From: Halodesulfurarchaeum sp.
GTDB lineage: Archaea > Halobacteriota > Halobacteria > Halobacteriales > Halobacteriaceae
Reading direction: 5' to 3'
Assembly (NCBI GenBank): GCA_034520565.1
Contig: JAXHNL010000002.1
Coordinates: 896,001 to 960,000 of the forward strand
DNA: 64,000 bases
The translations under genes and the position numbers were made by a program. Positions 8,781 to 20,165 of the stretch are shown here, in pieces. Position 1 is the first letter of the stretch; the number at the start of each line of letters is the position of its first letter. The notes below the pieces were generated by a model. That model had not been told where the DNA came from and made no database searches. It saw only the letters and a list, made by a program, of their open reading frames with translations.

Positions 8781-9653
8781 ATGACACGGAGCGTACTCGT
8801 GCCGTCGTCCATCGTCCGGGAGACCACCGACAAACGGGCTGCAACCCTCAAACTGGGTTATGTCGCCCGCGCGGCGGCGGTCTTTGGGATCGATCGACTC
8901 GGGGTCTTTTCGGACCCCGAGGGGATCACGCACTTGGACGGCGGGTTCGTCGAGACCGTCCTCCGGTACGCCGCGACACCGCCCTCCCTCCGAAAGGAGG
9001 TATTCGGGACGCGGGACGAACTGGAGTACGCCGGTGTCCTTCCGCCGCTTCGCCTTTCGTCATGGACCGGCTCCGAATCGAGCGGTTCGGGGTCGATACG
9101 TCAGGGAGTAGTGACCCAGGTCGGATCTGACGGGCGCGTTTGGGTCAATTGCGGTCTGCAACACCCAGTCTCGCTCCACGTGCCGTCCTCGATGACGGTC
9201 GTGGAGGGGGAACGCGTGACCATCAGGGTCTCTTCGCGAGAACCGGTCCGCGCGAAACTCGTCGACGAACCCGTTCCGGGTTTCGTCGTCGAAGGCGTGG
9301 ACCTCCGGGACGCTCTCACCCGTTCGGACGCCGGATTCCGGGTCGCCACCTCCCGCCACGGGACGCCACTCACGGTGTCTATGGCGGGCGAGTTGGCGGC
9401 CCGAGGCGTCGCGGACGGACTGACCGTCGCGTTTGGGGCGCCGGGTCGTGGCCTGCCAGAAATCCTCGGACTCGATCCGAGCGAGTTGGCGGCCGACTCG
9501 GGCCCCCCGTCGGCCAGCGAGACCCGTCCCACCACCGATCAACCGGGCGGATTCGACGCCTGGCTGAATACTATCCCGGACCAGGGCAGCGAGGTAGTGA
9601 GAACGGAAGAAGCGATGTTCGTCTCCCTCGCACACCTGACGCTCACGGAGTGA
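8781..9653 (+). CDS. Putative SPOUT-class RNA methyltransferase (DUF171 family)
   Basis: KLGYVARAAAVFG, LRYAATPP.LRK, AGVLPPL, VAFGAPGRGL and NTIPDQGSEVVRTEEA motifs; conserved archaeal position upstream of rpl3. Confidence 0.88.
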   Translation: MTRSVLVPSSIVRETTDKRAATLKLGYVARAAAVFGIDRLGVFSDPEGITHLDGGFVETVLRYAATPPSLRKEVFGTRDELEYAGVLPPLRLSSWTGSESSGSGSIRQGVVTQVGSDGRVWVNCGLQHPVSLHVPSSMTVVEGERVTIRVSSREPVRAKLVDEPVPGFVVEGVDLRDALTRSDAGFRVATSRHGTPLTVSMAGELAARGVADGLTVAFGAPGRGLPEILGLDPSELAADSGPPSASETRPTTDQPGGFDAWLNTIPDQGSEVVRTEEAMFVSLAHLTLTE

Positions 9654-9657
9654 TACG

Positions 9658-10671
9658 ATGCCACAACCAGACCGACCACGCAAAGGCTCGATGGGGTTCA
9701 GCCCCCGCAAGCGCGCCCGGAGTGTCGTGCCACGATTCGGCTCGTGGCCCGACGACGACGGGCAGGTGGGCCTGCAGGGATTTGCCGGCTACAAGGCAGG
9801 CATGTCCCACGTCGTCATGGTCGACGACCAGGCGAACTCACCGACGGAGGGCATGGAGACGACCGTGCCCGTCACCGTCGTGGAGACCCCACCAATGCGC
9901 GTTGCAGCGGTGCGTGTCTACCAGGACACGACCTACGGACAGAAACCCCTCACCGAGGTCTGGGCGGAGAACGCCCATCCAGACCTCGATCGAGCCGTCT
10001 CCATACCGGACGGTGCACAGGACGAGAACAGAGAAACGCTCACCGCGGCCCTCGAGGCCGGGGACGTCGACGACGTTCGCGTCGTCTCCTACACGGTCCC
10101 CGCCGAGGTCCCAAGCGTGCCGCGAACGAAGCCCGACGTGATGGAAAACCGCGTCGGTGGCGGCACGATCGGCGACCGGGTCGAGTTCGCCCTCGACCTG
10201 CTCGATACGGACGGCAGTTTCGAATTCGGTGACGTGTTCCGCGCCGGGGAGTTCCTCGACGTGGCCGGCGTCACCAAGGGACAGGGCCTGCAGGGCCCCG
10301 TCAAGCGCTGGGGCGTCCAGAAACGAAAGGGCAAACACGCCCGCCAGGGCTGGCGTCGCCGCATCGGCAACCTCGGCCCGTGGAACCCGAGCCGCGTTCG
10401 TTCGACGGTTCCCCAGCAGGGCCAGACCGGCTACCACCAGCGGACCGAACTCAACAAGCGCCTGATCGAATTCGGCGACGAAGACGACGTGACCGTCGAC
10501 GGTGGCTTCCCCAACTACGGGGAGATCGAGGGCCCCTACGCCCTCATCGAGGGTTCGGTTCCGGGTCCGGAGAAGCGACTCGTTCGCTTCCGCCCCGCCG
10601 TCAGGCCGAACAAGTCCCCGCGCCTCGATCCCGAGGTGCGCTACGTGAGCACCGCCTCGAACCAAGGATAA
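9658..10671 (+). CDS. rpl3: 50S ribosomal protein L3
   Basis: RPRKGSMGFSPRKRA, GYKAGM and GQTGYHQRTELNK motifs. Confidence 0.98.
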   Translation: MPQPDRPRKGSMGFSPRKRARSVVPRFGSWPDDDGQVGLQGFAGYKAGMSHVVMVDDQANSPTEGMETTVPVTVVETPPMRVAAVRVYQDTTYGQKPLTEVWAENAHPDLDRAVSIPDGAQDENRETLTAALEAGDVDDVRVVSYTVPAEVPSVPRTKPDVMENRVGGGTIGDRVEFALDLLDTDGSFEFGDVFRAGEFLDVAGVTKGQGLQGPVKRWGVQKRKGKHARQGWRRRIGNLGPWNPSRVRSTVPQQGQTGYHQRTELNKRLIEFGDEDDVTVDGGFPNYGEIEGPYALIEGSVPGPEKRLVRFRPAVRPNKSPRLDPEVRYVSTASNQG

Positions 10672-10673
10672 TC

Positions 10674-11423
10674 ATGCAGGTACCACTCAAAGCCCTGGAC
10701 GGCGAGGACCTCGATGAGATCGACCTTCCGTCGGTCTTCGAGGAGCCGGTCCGCACGGATCTCATCCGGCAGGCCGTCACCGCCGCCCAGGCCAACCGCC
10801 GACAGGACTACGGCGCCGACGAGCTGGCCGGAATGCGAACGTCCGGTGAATCCTTCGGGAGCGGGCGTGGGATGGCCCACGTTCCACGATCGGAGGGCAC
10901 CGGCGTTCGGGTTCCCAACACCGTCGGGGGCCGCACGGCCCACCCGCCGAAAGTCGAGACGGATCGCACGCGAACTATCAACGACAAGGAGCGACAGGCA
11001 GCGGTCCGCAGCGCCCTCGCGGCGACGACGGACCCGGAACTGGTCGCCGAACGCGGTCACCAGTTCGACGCCGAGACGCTCCCGATCGTCCTCAAGGACG
11101 ACTTCGAGGACCTGGAGAAGACCCAGGAGGCCCTCGCAGCGCTCGAAGCTGTCGGCGTCGATGCCGACATCGCTCGCGCCGACGAGGGGCGGACGATTCG
11201 GGCCGGTCAGGGCAAACGCCGTGGTCGCAAGTACCGGCGTCCCGCCTCCGTGCTCGTGGTCACCGCAAGCGAGTCCGGCCCGTCGCGGGCCGCTCGCAAC
11301 CTCGCCGGCGTCACCGTGGCGACCGGTCGAGAGGTGAACGCCGAGGACCTCGCACCGGGCGGTGAGCCCGGCCGACTGACGGTCTTCACCGAAAGTGCCC
11401 TCGCGGAGGTGGCCGAGCGATGA
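10674..11423 (+). CDS. rpl4: 50S ribosomal protein L4
   Basis: ESFGSGRGMAHVPR, GGRTAHPPK and RAGQGKRRGRKY motifs. Confidence 0.97.
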   Translation: MQVPLKALDGEDLDEIDLPSVFEEPVRTDLIRQAVTAAQANRRQDYGADELAGMRTSGESFGSGRGMAHVPRSEGTGVRVPNTVGGRTAHPPKVETDRTRTINDKERQAAVRSALAATTDPELVAERGHQFDAETLPIVLKDDFEDLEKTQEALAALEAVGVDADIARADEGRTIRAGQGKRRGRKYRRPASVLVVTASESGPSRAARNLAGVTVATGREVNAEDLAPGGEPGRLTVFTESALAEVAER

Positions 11424-11674
11424 CGAGCGTTATCGACCACCCGCTGGTGACGGAGAAGGCCATGAACGACATGGACTTCGAGAACAAGCTCCAGTTCCGC
11501 GTGGACATCGACGCGACGAAGACCGAGGTTCGCGAGGAAGTCGAGAACCGCTACGACGTCGAGGTCATCGACGTGAACACCATGATCACCATGAAGGGAA
11601 CGAAAAAGGCGATCGTCACGCTTTCCGAAGCCGACGAAGCACAGGACGTCGCCTCCAGAATCGGGGTGTTCTGA
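11420..11674 (+). CDS. rpl23: 50S ribosomal protein L23
   Basis: HPLVTEKAMNDMDFENKLQF and KKAIVTL motifs. Confidence 0.97.
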   Translation: MTSVIDHPLVTEKAMNDMDFENKLQFRVDIDATKTEVREEVENRYDVEVIDVNTMITMKGTKKAIVTLSEADEAQDVASRIGVF

Positions 11675-11675
11675 G

Positions 11676-12392
11676 ATGGGACGACGCATCCAGGGACAAC
11701 GACGCGGCCGCGGGTCGCCGACGTTCCGCGCACCCTCCCATCGCTACAAGGCCACCCTCTCCCACAAGGCCGAAGCGGGCGACCTCCTCGTGGGCGAAGT
11801 GACCGACATCGAACACGATCCCGCCCGGAGTGCCCCGGTCGCTCGCGTCGCCTTCGAAGACGGCGACGAGCGCCTGGTGCTCGCCCCGGAGGGCATCGGC
11901 GTTGGCGACCGGATCGAGGTCGGCATCTCCGCCGCCATCGAGCCGGGCAACACGCTGCCACTTTCCGAGATCCCGGAAGGGATTCCGATCGTCAACGTGG
12001 AGGCCCAGCCGGGCGACGGCGGCAAGTACGCCCGCGCCTCGGGCGTCAGCGCTGATCTGGTCACCCACGAACGGGACGCGGCAGTCGTCAAGCTCCCGAG
12101 TGACGAGGTCAAGCGGCTCTCGCCGGACTGCCGGGCGACCATCGGGGTCGTCGCCGGCGGTGGCCGGACCGAGAAGCCCTTTGTCAAGGCTGGATCGAAG
12201 TATCACAAGATGAAGTCCCGTGGCACGAAGTGGCCACGGGTTCGCGGGGTCGCGATGAACGCGGTCGACCACCCGTTCGGTGGTGGCGGTCGCCAGCATC
12301 CGGGCCGCCCGAAGAGCGTCTCGAAGAACGCCCCGCCGGGTCGGAAGGTCGGCGACCTCGGATCACGACGAACCGGCCGCGGAGGGAACTAA
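11676..12392 (+). CDS. rpl2: 50S ribosomal protein L2
   Basis: [13 protein letters not shown] and [16 protein letters not shown] motifs. Confidence 0.98.
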   Translation: MGRRIQGQRRGRGSPTFRAPSHRYKATLSHKAEAGDLLVGEVTDIEHDPARSAPVARVAFEDGDERLVLAPEGIGVGDRIEVGISAAIEPGNTLPLSEIPEGIPIVNVEAQPGDGGKYARASGVSADLVTHERDAAVVKLPSDEVKRLSPDCRATIGVVAGGGRTEKPFVKAGSKYHKMKSRGTKWPRVRGVAMNAVDHPFGGGGRQHPGRPKSVSKNAPPGRKVGDLGSRRTGRGGN

Positions 12393-12393
12393 C

Positions 12394-12813
12394 ATGAGCG
12401 AACTACGAACCGGACGCGAAGGTGAGTTCACCTATCGCGGCTACGAACTCGAGGAGTTGCAGGACATGGAACTCGATGAAGTCGCGGAACTGCTTCCCGC
12501 ACGACAGCGGCGAACTATCACCCGTGGTCTCACAGAGGAGCATCGGAAGCTGCTCGAAGAAGCGCGAGACGCCGATCGAGAGGAGACGGCCAACGACCCG
12601 ATCCGGACACACCTGCGCGACATGCCGGTGCTGCCGGAGTTCGTCGGGCTCACGTTTGCCGTTTACACCGGCCAGAGCTTCGAACGCGTCGAGGTCCAGC
12701 CCGAAATGCTCGGGCACTACCTCGGCGAGTTCCAGCTCACGCGCACCCAGGTCGAGCACGGGCAGGCGGGCATCGGCGCGACCCGCTCTTCGAAGTTCGT
12801 GCCACTGAAATGA
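12394..12813 (+). CDS. rps19: 30S ribosomal protein S19
   Basis: [13 protein letters not shown] and [11 protein letters not shown] motifs. Confidence 0.97.
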   Translation: MSELRTGREGEFTYRGYELEELQDMELDEVAELLPARQRRTITRGLTEEHRKLLEEARDADREETANDPIRTHLRDMPVLPEFVGLTFAVYTGQSFERVEVQPEMLGHYLGEFQLTRTQVEHGQAGIGATRSSKFVPLK

Positions 12814-12815
12814 GC

Positions 12816-13286
12816 ATGGGAATCAGTTACAGCGTCGAGGCCGACCCGGAGACCACCGCCAAGGGGATGCTCCGCGAGCGGCCCATCAGTCTGAAGCACA
12901 GCAAGGCCATCGCCCGGGCCATCAAGGGGCGAACGGTTCCGGACGCCCGGGACTACCTCGAGGCCGTCCGTGACGGCGAGCAGTCCGTCCCGTTCAAACA
13001 GCACAACAGCGGTGTCGGTCACCGTGGGGACATCGACGGCTGGGACGCCGGTCGCTACCCCGAGAAGGCCGCAAAGGCCTTCATCTCGCTTCTGGCCAAC
13101 GTCTCGAACAACGCCGAGCAGGCGGGCCACGAACCCGACGAGATGGAGATCGCCCACGTCGCCGCCCACAAGGTCGGCGAGCGACCCGGGCGCAAACCGC
13201 GTGCCTTCGGCCGCGCCTCTCCCTGGAACACCACGGAGGTCGACGTCGAGCTGATCGTCGAGACCCCCGAGGAGGGTGATACCTGA
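12816..13286 (+). CDS. rpl22: 50S ribosomal protein L22
   Basis: ISLKHSKAIARAIKG, GRYPEKA and PRAFGRASP motifs. Confidence 0.97.
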   Translation: MGISYSVEADPETTAKGMLRERPISLKHSKAIARAIKGRTVPDARDYLEAVRDGEQSVPFKQHNSGVGHRGDIDGWDAGRYPEKAAKAFISLLANVSNNAEQAGHEPDEMEIAHVAAHKVGERPGRKPRAFGRASPWNTTEVDVELIVETPEEGDT

Positions 13287-14203
13287 TGGCGGACGAACTC
13301 GAGTTCATCGAGGAGGGCCTCCAGCGCTCCCAAATAGATGAGTTCTTCGCCGAGGAACTGGCCCGAGCGGGCTACGGCGGCATGGAAGTCGCCCACACCC
13401 CGATGGGGACCCAGATCGTCCTCGAAGCCGAGAAGCCCGGCATGGTCATCGGCAAGGGCGGGAAGAACATCCGGAAGATCACGACCGAACTCGAGGACCG
13501 GTTCAACCTCGAGGACCCACAGATCGACGTGCAGGAGGTCGAGGAACCGGATCTCAACGCCCAGATCGTCGCCGATCGACTTGCAAACGCGCTCGAGCGC
13601 GGCTGGTACTTCCGGAAGGCCGGTCACACCACGATCGACCGGATCATGGAAGCCGGCGCGCTCGGCGCCGAGATCATCCTGGCCGGGAAGGTGACCGGCG
13701 CCCGATCCCGCGTCGAGAAGTTCAACCGCGGCTACATCAAGCACAACGGCGAACCCGCCGAGGAGATCGTCGACGCGGGTCAGGCCGTCGCGGTCATGAA
13801 ACTCGGCACGATCGGGGTCAACGTGAAGATCATCCCGCCGAACGCCGAGCTGCCCGACGACTTCCGCATCGACGAGGAGGCGGACATCTCCGACCTCGTC
13901 GTCGAAGAGGAGGGCGAATCGGTCGAGGAACTCCTCGAAGGCGAACCCGAGGACCCGGATGCGGGTGCCGAGGACTTCGAGGAAGTCGAGACCCCCGGCG
14001 AGGAGTCACCGGCCGAAGCGGCTGACGTCGAGGAGGAACTCCTCGAGGACGTCGAGGAGGCAGACGGTGAGGAGGCCGATGCCGACGAGGAGGACACGGA
14101 CGAATCGGGCGAGGCGCCCGAAATCGAGGACGTCGACGCGGACGCCGAGGAGGAAGCCGAAGCGCTGCTCGACGAGATGGACGAGGAGGTGGACGAGGAA
14201 TGA
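13286..14203 (+). CDS. rps3: 30S ribosomal protein S3 (long acidic C-terminal tail)
   Basis: [12 protein letters not shown] motif and [12 protein letters not shown]. Confidence 0.97.
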   Translation: MADELEFIEEGLQRSQIDEFFAEELARAGYGGMEVAHTPMGTQIVLEAEKPGMVIGKGGKNIRKITTELEDRFNLEDPQIDVQEVEEPDLNAQIVADRLANALERGWYFRKAGHTTIDRIMEAGALGAEIILAGKVTGARSRVEKFNRGYIKHNGEPAEEIVDAGQAVAVMKLGTIGVNVKIIPPNAELPDDFRIDEEADISDLVVEEEGESVEELLEGEPEDPDAGAEDFEEVETPGEESPAEAADVEEELLEDVEEADGEEADADEEDTDESGEAPEIEDVDADAEEEAEALLDEMDEEVDEE

Positions 14204-14424
14204 CGATCCTGCATCCCACAGAGATTCGAGACATGACGCCCGCCGAGCGGGAGACCGAACTCGAAGAACTCGAAACCGAACTCCTCAACGCGAAGGCCGT
14301 GAAGGCCGCCGGTGGGGCCCCGGAAAACCCGGCCCGCATCAGCGAGCTCCGACGGACCGTCGCGCGGATCAAGACGATCCAGAACGAGGAGGGCGACGCG
14401 GTAGCGGAGGATCAATCAGAATAA
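14200..14424 (+). CDS. rpl29: 50S ribosomal protein L29
   Basis: [11 protein letters not shown] and [18 protein letters not shown] motifs. Confidence 0.96.
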   Translation: MTILHPTEIRDMTPAERETELEELETELLNAKAVKAAGGAPENPARISELRRTVARIKTIQNEEGDAVAEDQSE

Positions 14425-14783
14425 TGCTCTCACCCGAGACGCTCACCGGTCACGAACTCGTCGGACTACCCGTCCGCGTGAGTACCTCGACCGACCCCAG
14501 CCGGGTCGGCATCGAGGGGACCGTCGTCGACGAGACGACGAAGACACTCGTGATCGAGCGTCCCTCGGGTGAGGCTGTGGTTCCCAAGGCGGGGACCGAA
14601 TTCACGTTCGCGATCACAGATGAAGCCGCGGCGTCCGCGAAGGACGCCGGGACCGTCTCCCAACCGCTCGAGTCGGCTGGCTCGACCGGCGAGGTGGCGG
14701 CCTCCGTTACGGTGGATGGCACGCACTTGCTCTCACGACCCGCCCGCAGAACCGTTTCAGGAGGACGATTACAATGGCGATAG
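14424..14783 (+). CDS. rnp1: Ribonuclease P protein component 1 (Rpp29)
   Basis: HELVGLPVRV, GIEGTVVDETTKTL and VDG..LLSRPARR motifs; conserved position. Confidence 0.92.
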   Translation: MLSPETLTGHELVGLPVRVSTSTDPSRVGIEGTVVDETTKTLVIERPSGEAVVPKAGTEFTFAITDEAAASAKDAGTVSQPLESAGSTGEVAASVTVDGTHLLSRPARRTVSGGRLQWR

Positions 14784-15106
14784 GATTGAACGTAACGGAG
14801 CCGGAAGGCACCTGCGCCGATGACAACTGCCCGTTTCACGGAAGCCTTTCCGTGCGCGGGCAGGTCATCGAGGGCACGGTTGCCTCGACGGACATGGAGA
14901 AGACCGTCGTCGTCGAGCGGGAGTACGACGTCTACGTACCGAAATACGATCGGTACATGAAACGTCGTTCGCGCGTCGCGGCTCACGCCCCGGCGTGTTT
15001 CGATCTCGCGGTCGGCGACACGGTTCGAATCGCAGAGACACGACCGCTCTCGAAGACGAAGAGCCACGTCGTCGTCGAAATCGAAGCCGATGGGGGTGAC
15101 GCCTGA
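14774..15106 (+). CDS. rps17: 30S ribosomal protein S17
   Basis: [12 protein letters not shown] and ETRPLSKTK motifs. Confidence 0.97.
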   Translation: MAIGLNVTEPEGTCADDNCPFHGSLSVRGQVIEGTVASTDMEKTVVVEREYDVYVPKYDRYMKRRSRVAAHAPACFDLAVGDTVRIAETRPLSKTKSHVVVEIEADGGDA

Positions 15107-15504
15107 TGGAAGCCATCAAGGCCGATGTCACCCCGGGCCTCGAGAAGGGTTCGCTGATCACCTGTGCCGACAACACGGGTGCACGCGAACTCAAGGTCAT
15201 CAGCGTTTCCGGATACCAGGGAACGATCAACCGGCACCCGAAAGCCGGCCTGGGGGATACCGTGACCGTTTCGGTCACCAAAGGAACCCCTGAGATGCGC
15301 CGACAGGTACTCGAGGCCGTCATCGTGCGACAGCGCAAGCCCATCCGACGACCGGACGGGACTCGCGTGAAGTTCGAGGACAACGCAGCCGTCATCATCG
15401 ACGACATGGGCGAGCCGCGGGGCACGGAGATCAAGGGCCCCATCGCCCGCGAAGTCGCAGAGCGGTACGGAAGCATCGCCTCGACGGCGACCATGATCGT
15501 ATAG
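15106..15504 (+). CDS. rpl14: 50S ribosomal protein L14
   Basis: [10 protein letters not shown] and FEDNAAVI motifs. Confidence 0.98.
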   Translation: MEAIKADVTPGLEKGSLITCADNTGARELKVISVSGYQGTINRHPKAGLGDTVTVSVTKGTPEMRRQVLEAVIVRQRKPIRRPDGTRVKFEDNAAVIIDDMGEPRGTEIKGPIAREVAERYGSIASTATMIV

Positions 15505-15506
15505 CC

Positions 15507-15868
15507 ATGAGTGAACAACCAACAAAACAACGCACCGCGGTCGACCGGGCGCCGCTCCACGAGCGACACCGCCAGGTCCGGGCCACGCTCAGCGACGACC
15601 TCCGAGAGGAGTACGACCAGCGCAACGTGACCGTCAACGCCGGTGACACCGTCAAAGTGCTCCGCGGCGATTACGCCGGAGAGGAAGGCGAGGTCATCAA
15701 GGTGGACCTCAAAGCGGCCGTCGTCCACGTGGAGGACGTCACCCAGGAGACCGTCGAGGGCGAGGACGTGCCTCGGCCCCTCGACGCGTCGAACCTGCAG
15801 GTCACGAAACTCGACCTGGACGATCCGGTGCGACGAGGACGCGCCTCGAGGAAGGTGACGACAGCATG
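15507..15868 (+). CDS. rpl24: 50S ribosomal protein L24 (3' end disturbed by indels)
   Basis: SEQPTKQR, APLHERH and GDTVKVLRGD motifs. The stop is lost by an apparent indel, so the end is approximate. Confidence 0.9.
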
Positions 15869-16744
15869 GCGACGGCACCGGAAGCGGCTCTCGGTGCCCG
15901 AGTCGTGGCCGGTCGAGCGGAAGACCGACCACGTTCACCGTCGAAGGCGGACGCCGGGCCCGCACGGCGAGAGCAGGCGCGCGTCCCCTGCGTCATCGTG
16001 CTGCGGGACGTGCTCGGCTACGTGGACACCGCGCACGGAGGCCGCCTGCTCGCGGCGAGGACTTCAGGTGGGGCGCTCGTCAACGGCGACAGCCGTCAGC
16101 AACGAGGCGCGTCCCGACCGGGATCGTATCGACATCGTCGGCGTTCGTCCGGATCGAGACGGAGTACTGCCGCGCTGTTCCCCGACGAAGGCGGGCCAGG
16201 CTACGGCGCTGTCCCGGCAATCGACGAGGCCGACGCCGGCTCGAAGCTCGGGCGGGTCATCGGCGAAGACCGCTGGTCGGCGGCGGCACGGGTCCAGCTT
16301 GAACGCTCCACGACGGGGCCAGACCCTCGGCGACCGAGGACGGCGAGTACCGCGGCAAGGACTCGCATGGTCGTCGACAACGAGGAGCGCAGGAGATCGT
16401 CACGCGCGCTTCCCGTACGAGCGAGGTCAGCTGCGTCGCCGGCCGTCGCCGGCACAGCACGCCGGCGAGATCGGCGCCATCGCGGAGATCAGCGGTCGCT
16501 GCCGGCTGCGCCCCGAACAGGCGTCGCCGTGGAGACGACGACGGCGAGCTTCGAGACCGTCGAGGAGTACGTGGTCGTCATCGACGAGAACTTCGTCGCG
16601 GACGACGGCACCCTCCCCGGCGAGGACGAGGCCACCGAGAGCGAGGATGCATCGGACGAATCCGAGTCCACAGCGGAGGCCGAAAGCGTTTCGGCCGAGG
16701 ACGACGCGGAAACCGAAACTGCAGCCGAGGAGGATGAAGAATAA
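15866..16744 (+). CDS. rps4e: 30S ribosomal protein S4e (multiple frameshifts, probably sequence error)
   Basis: Fragments in different frames: KRLSVPESWPVERK, LRDVLGYVD, HAGEIG, FETVEEYVVVIDENF. Confidence 0.88.
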   Translation: MATAPEAALGARVVAGRAEDRPRSPSKADAGPARREQARVPCVIVLRDVLGYVDTAHGGRLLAARTSGGALVNGDSRQQRGASRPGSYRHRRRSSGSRRSTAALFPDEGGPGYGAVPAIDEADAGSKLGRVIGEDRWSAAARVQLERSTTGPDPRRPRTASTAARTRMVVDNEERRRSSRALPVRARSAASPAVAGTARRRDRRHRGDQRSLPAAPRTGVAVETTTASFETVEEYVVVIDENFVADDGTLPGEDEATESEDASDESESTAEAESVSAEDDAETETAAEEDEE

Positions 16745-17289
16745 TGGCGAGTGCCGAATCCGAGTTCCACGAAATGCGGGAACCCCAGATCGAGAAAGTC
16801 GTCGTCCACATGGGCGTCGGCCACGGTGGGGAGGGTCGCCGGCTGGCCGAACGCCAACTGCTGAGGGAGATCGCAGGGCCGAGCAGCCGGTCCGCACGAC
16901 CGCGAAGAAGACCGAGCCGGAGTTCGGGATCCGCGAGGGTGACCCGATCGGGGCGAAAGTCACGGTCCGCGGCGAGGCAGGCCGTGAAGATTCCCTCGCA
17001 AGACGGGCGCTCGAGCATCGCGACGAGCTCTCGGCCTCGCAGTTCGACCAGGTCGGGGAACGTCGACTTCGGCGTCGAGGAGCACACCGACTTCCCGGGG
17101 CCGGGAGTACGACCCGAACAAGGGGATCTTCGGGCTGGACGTGACGGTCGGCAACCCTGGTCCGACCCGGCTATCGCATCTCCAAGCGCGATCAGGCCAG
17201 TCGCCAGATCCCGTCGAAACACCGGCTGACGGTCGAGGACGCCATCGCGTTCCTCGAGGATGCGAGTACGACGTGGAGGTGAGCGCATC
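16744..17289 (+). CDS. rpl5: 50S ribosomal protein L5 (frameshifted)
   Basis: [32 protein letters not shown] and [14 protein letters not shown] lie across frames; the end is approximate. Confidence 0.88.
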
Positions 17290-17466
17290 GAGCGAGAGCA
17301 GACAGACAAGACCGGAGAGCAGACCGGCCGAAGCGGACGGCCGAACTGCAGACTGCCCAGCACTGCGGCCGCGAGCAGGGCCTCGTCGGGAAGTACGACA
17401 TCTGGCTGTGTCGCCAGGTGCTTCCGGGAGATCGCCCCCGACATGGGATTCAAGAAGTACAGCTAA
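17287..17466 (+). CDS. rps14: 30S ribosomal protein S14 type Z (frameshifted)
   Basis: [31 protein letters not shown] across frames; the start is approximate. Confidence 0.85.
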   Translation: MEREQTDKTGEQTGRSGRPNCRLPSTAAASRASSGSTTSGCVARCFREIAPDMGFKKYS

Positions 17467-17468
17467 CT

Positions 17469-17861
17469 ATGACGGCAGACGACCCACTGGCCAACGCGCT
17501 TTCGGGTATCGACAACGCGGAGAGCGTTGGGCAGTTGACACACACGGTAACGCCCGCCTCGAACGAGATCGGTGCGGTACTCGAGGTCCTTTACGACCGC
17601 GGGTACATCGGCGGCTTCGAATACGTCGATGACGGCCGCGCCGGCACCTTCGAGGTCGAACTGACGGGGTCCATCAACGAGTGTGGGCCCGTGAACCCGC
17701 GATACTCGTCGGGCGTGGACGACCTCGAGCAGTGGGAGAAACGGTTTCTCCCGGCTCGGGATTACGGCACGCTCATCGTGACGACTTCCAGCGGGATCAT
17801 GAGCCACTACGAGGCCCGGGAGAAGGGCATCGGTGGCCAGCTCATCGCGTACGTATATTGA
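17469..17861 (+). CDS. rps8: 30S ribosomal protein S8
   Basis: Intact ORF: [38 protein letters not shown]. Confidence 0.97.
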   Translation: MTADDPLANALSGIDNAESVGQLTHTVTPASNEIGAVLEVLYDRGYIGGFEYVDDGRAGTFEVELTGSINECGPVNPRYSSGVDDLEQWEKRFLPARDYGTLIVTTSSGIMSHYEAREKGIGGQLIAYVY

Positions 17862-17863
17862 AA

Positions 17864-18417
17864 ATGACACGAACCGATATCCAACTACCCGAATCCGTAA
17901 CCGCGACGACCGATCGGTTCGACCTCACCGATCTGGCCGGGCGGAACGGTCAGCGTCGCCCGGCGGCTCTGGTTCCGGGCCGGGATGTCGTTTGCGAGTC
18001 GACGACGAGGGCGACCATCGGAGCGTCATCGAGGCTGACGCCGAAGACGCCAAGACGAACGCGACGGTGGGGACCTTCGAGAGCCACGTGGCAAACATGA
18101 TCCACGGGGTCACCGAAGGCTTCGAGTACCGGATGCAGATCCACTACTCTCACTTCCCCATGCAGGTTTCAGTCGAAGACGAAGCGGTCGTGATCCAGAA
18201 CTTCCTCGGCGAGACGGCGCCCCGACGGGCGCCCATCCGGGGCGACACGGAGGTACAGGTCGACGGCGACGAGATCACCCTCAGCGGCTCCGACAAGGAG
18301 GCCGTGGGGCAGACCGCCGGCGAGATCGAACAACTCACTCGGATTTCCGACAAGGATACACGCGTCTTCCAGGACGGCGTGTACATCGTCGAGAAACCCG
18401 GCCGTGGAGGTGCCTGA
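17864..18417 (+). CDS. rpl6: 50S ribosomal protein L6 (5' part frameshifted)
   Basis: [26 protein letters not shown] and [12 protein letters not shown] motifs. Confidence 0.9.
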
Positions 18418-18418
18418 G

Positions 18419-19147
18419 ATGAGCGACGAAACGGACGTCGAGGAGCGCGAACTCGAAGACATCAGTGGGATCGGCCCCTCCAAAGCGGATACGCTCCGCG
18501 AGGGGGGCTACGAGACGATCGACGGACGTCGCGGCCGCGAGCCAGTCGGACCTGGCCGACGTCGACGGCATCGGGAACGCGCTCGCCGCGCGGATCAAGG
18601 CCGACGTCGGCGGCCTCGAGGTCGACGAAGAGACCGAGGCCGAGGTCGAGGAGCGAGGAGGCCGAGGAAGCCGAGACGACGACGGAGGACGTCGAGACGG
18701 AACTGCGCCCGAAGGGCGTGGCCGAGAAGACGCCGGACCTCGACGACGAGCGGGCACGACTGCTCGCCCAGCGATCTCGGGAGGGCAAACCCGCCTTCAA
18801 CCAGCAGGACCACCACAAGAAAAAGCGCGACGCCCGACGTCCTGGCGCAGCCCGCGTGGCGGCCTCTCGAAGCAGCGACGCGGGCATCAAGGGCAAGGGG
18901 GCGACAGGTCGAGGCCGGCTTCCGGACCCCGACTGCCGTCCGCGGCCTGCATCCCAGCGGTTTCGAGGAGGTCCTGGTCCACCGACCGGCCGACCTCGAG
19001 GACGTCGACCCGGACCGGGAGGCGGTCCGGATCGCCAGTGCCGTCGGGGGGCGAAAGCGCGAACGCATCGAGGAGCTCGCGGCCGACGACGAGATCCGCG
19101 TGCTCAACCCCACTTACGAGGAAGTCGAGGTGACCGAGAATGAGTGA
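18419..19147 (+). CDS. rpl32e: 50S ribosomal protein L32e with N-terminal HhH extension (frameshifted)
   Basis: [39 protein letters not shown] and [10 protein letters not shown] lie across frames. Confidence 0.88.
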   Translation: MSDETDVEERELEDISGIGPSKADTLREGGYETIDGRRGREPVGPGRRRRHRERARRADQGRRRRPRGRRRDRGRGRGARRPRKPRRRRRTSRRNCARRAWPRRRRTSTTSGHDCSPSDLGRANPPSTSRTTTRKSATPDVLAQPAWRPLEAATRASRARGRQVEAGFRTPTAVRGLHPSGFEEVLVHRPADLEDVDPDREAVRIASAVGGRKRERIEELAADDEIRVLNPTYEEVEVTENE

Positions 19148-19604
19148 CCTCTCCACACAGAAACGACTCGCCGCCGACGTTCTCGACGTCGGCGAGAACC
19201 GGATCTGGCTCGATCCGAACGCCCAGGGCGAGATCGCCGAGGCGATCACCCGCGAGGACGTTCGCGAACTGGTCGACGAGGGACGCATTCGGGCAGAGGA
19301 CGCCGGCGGCAACTCGCGCGGTCGCGCCCGCGAGCGACAACGAGAAACGCGCCTACGGCCACCAGCAAGGGCCCGGGCACCCGCAAAGGGAAAGCCGGGG
19401 CGCGGTCGGAACCGAGAAGGACGAGTGGCAGTAACCGCATCCGCGCCCAGCGGCGCAGCTCCGACGAACTCCGCGACGACGGCGACGCTCGACCCCGACT
19501 GCAGTACCGCGAAGCTGTACAACATGGCGAGCGGTGGCGAGTTCGACAGCGTCCGCCGACTGAAGGCGTACATCGACAACAACTACGAGATGACTCGACA
19601 CTGA
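19140..19604 (+). CDS. rpl19e: 50S ribosomal protein L19e (internal frameshifts)
   Basis: [34 protein letters not shown] and [10 protein letters not shown] motifs. Confidence 0.9.
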   Translation: MSDLSTQKRLAADVLDVGENRIWLDPNAQGEIAEAITREDVRELVDEGRIRAEDAGGNSRGRARERQRETRLRPPARARAPAKGKPGRGRNREGRVAVTASAPSGAAPTNSATTATLDPDCSTAKLYNMASGGEFDSVRRLKAYIDNNYEMTRH

Positions 19605-20161
19605 TGGCAACAGGACCACGATACAAGGTACCGATGCGGCGACGCCGCGAGGTCCGGACAGACTACCATCAGCGGTTGCGCCTGCTGAAATCCGGCAAGC
19701 CCCGACTGGTTGCTCGCGTGAGCAACCAGCACGCCAGGGCGCAGCTGGTGACCCTCGGTCCTGACGGAGACGAAACGATCGCAAAGGCGATGTCGGCCGA
19801 CCTGGCCGACTTCGGTTGGGAGGCTCCGACGGGGAACCTTCCGGCGGCCTACCTGACCGGCCTGTTGGCCGGGACGCGGGCCCTCGACGCGGGACTGTCG
19901 ACGAGGCGGTCCTCGACATCGGCCTCAACACGGCGACGCCCGGCGCGAAGGTGTTCGCCGTCCAGGAGGGTGCCATCGACGCCGGACTCGAGGTCCCGCA
20001 CAACGAGTCGGTCTTCGCCGACTGGGAGCGGACCCGCGGCGAGCACATCGCCGAGTACGCCGAGCACAGCTCGACGAGCCGCTCTACAGCGGCGAGTTCG
20101 ACGCGACGGAGCTGCCGAGCACTTCGACGAGGTGCGGGAGACCCTCATGGAGGACGACTGA
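19604..20161 (+). CDS. rpl18: 50S ribosomal protein L18 (internal frameshifts)
   Basis: [28 protein letters not shown] and [13 protein letters not shown] motifs. Confidence 0.92.
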   Translation: MATGPRYKVPMRRRREVRTDYHQRLRLLKSGKPRLVARVSNQHARAQLVTLGPDGDETIAKAMSADLADFGWEAPTGNLPAAYLTGLLAGTRALDAGLSTRRSSTSASTRRRPARRCSPSRRVPSTPDSRSRTTSRSSPTGSGPAASTSPSTPSTARRAALQRRVRRDGAAEHFDEVRETLMEDD

Positions 20162-20165
20162 GTCG

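Noticed and set aside
13900-14203. Long acidic tails on S3 and S4e and the HhH extension on L32e as novelties
   Set aside because: These are common features of haloarchaeal ribosomal proteins.
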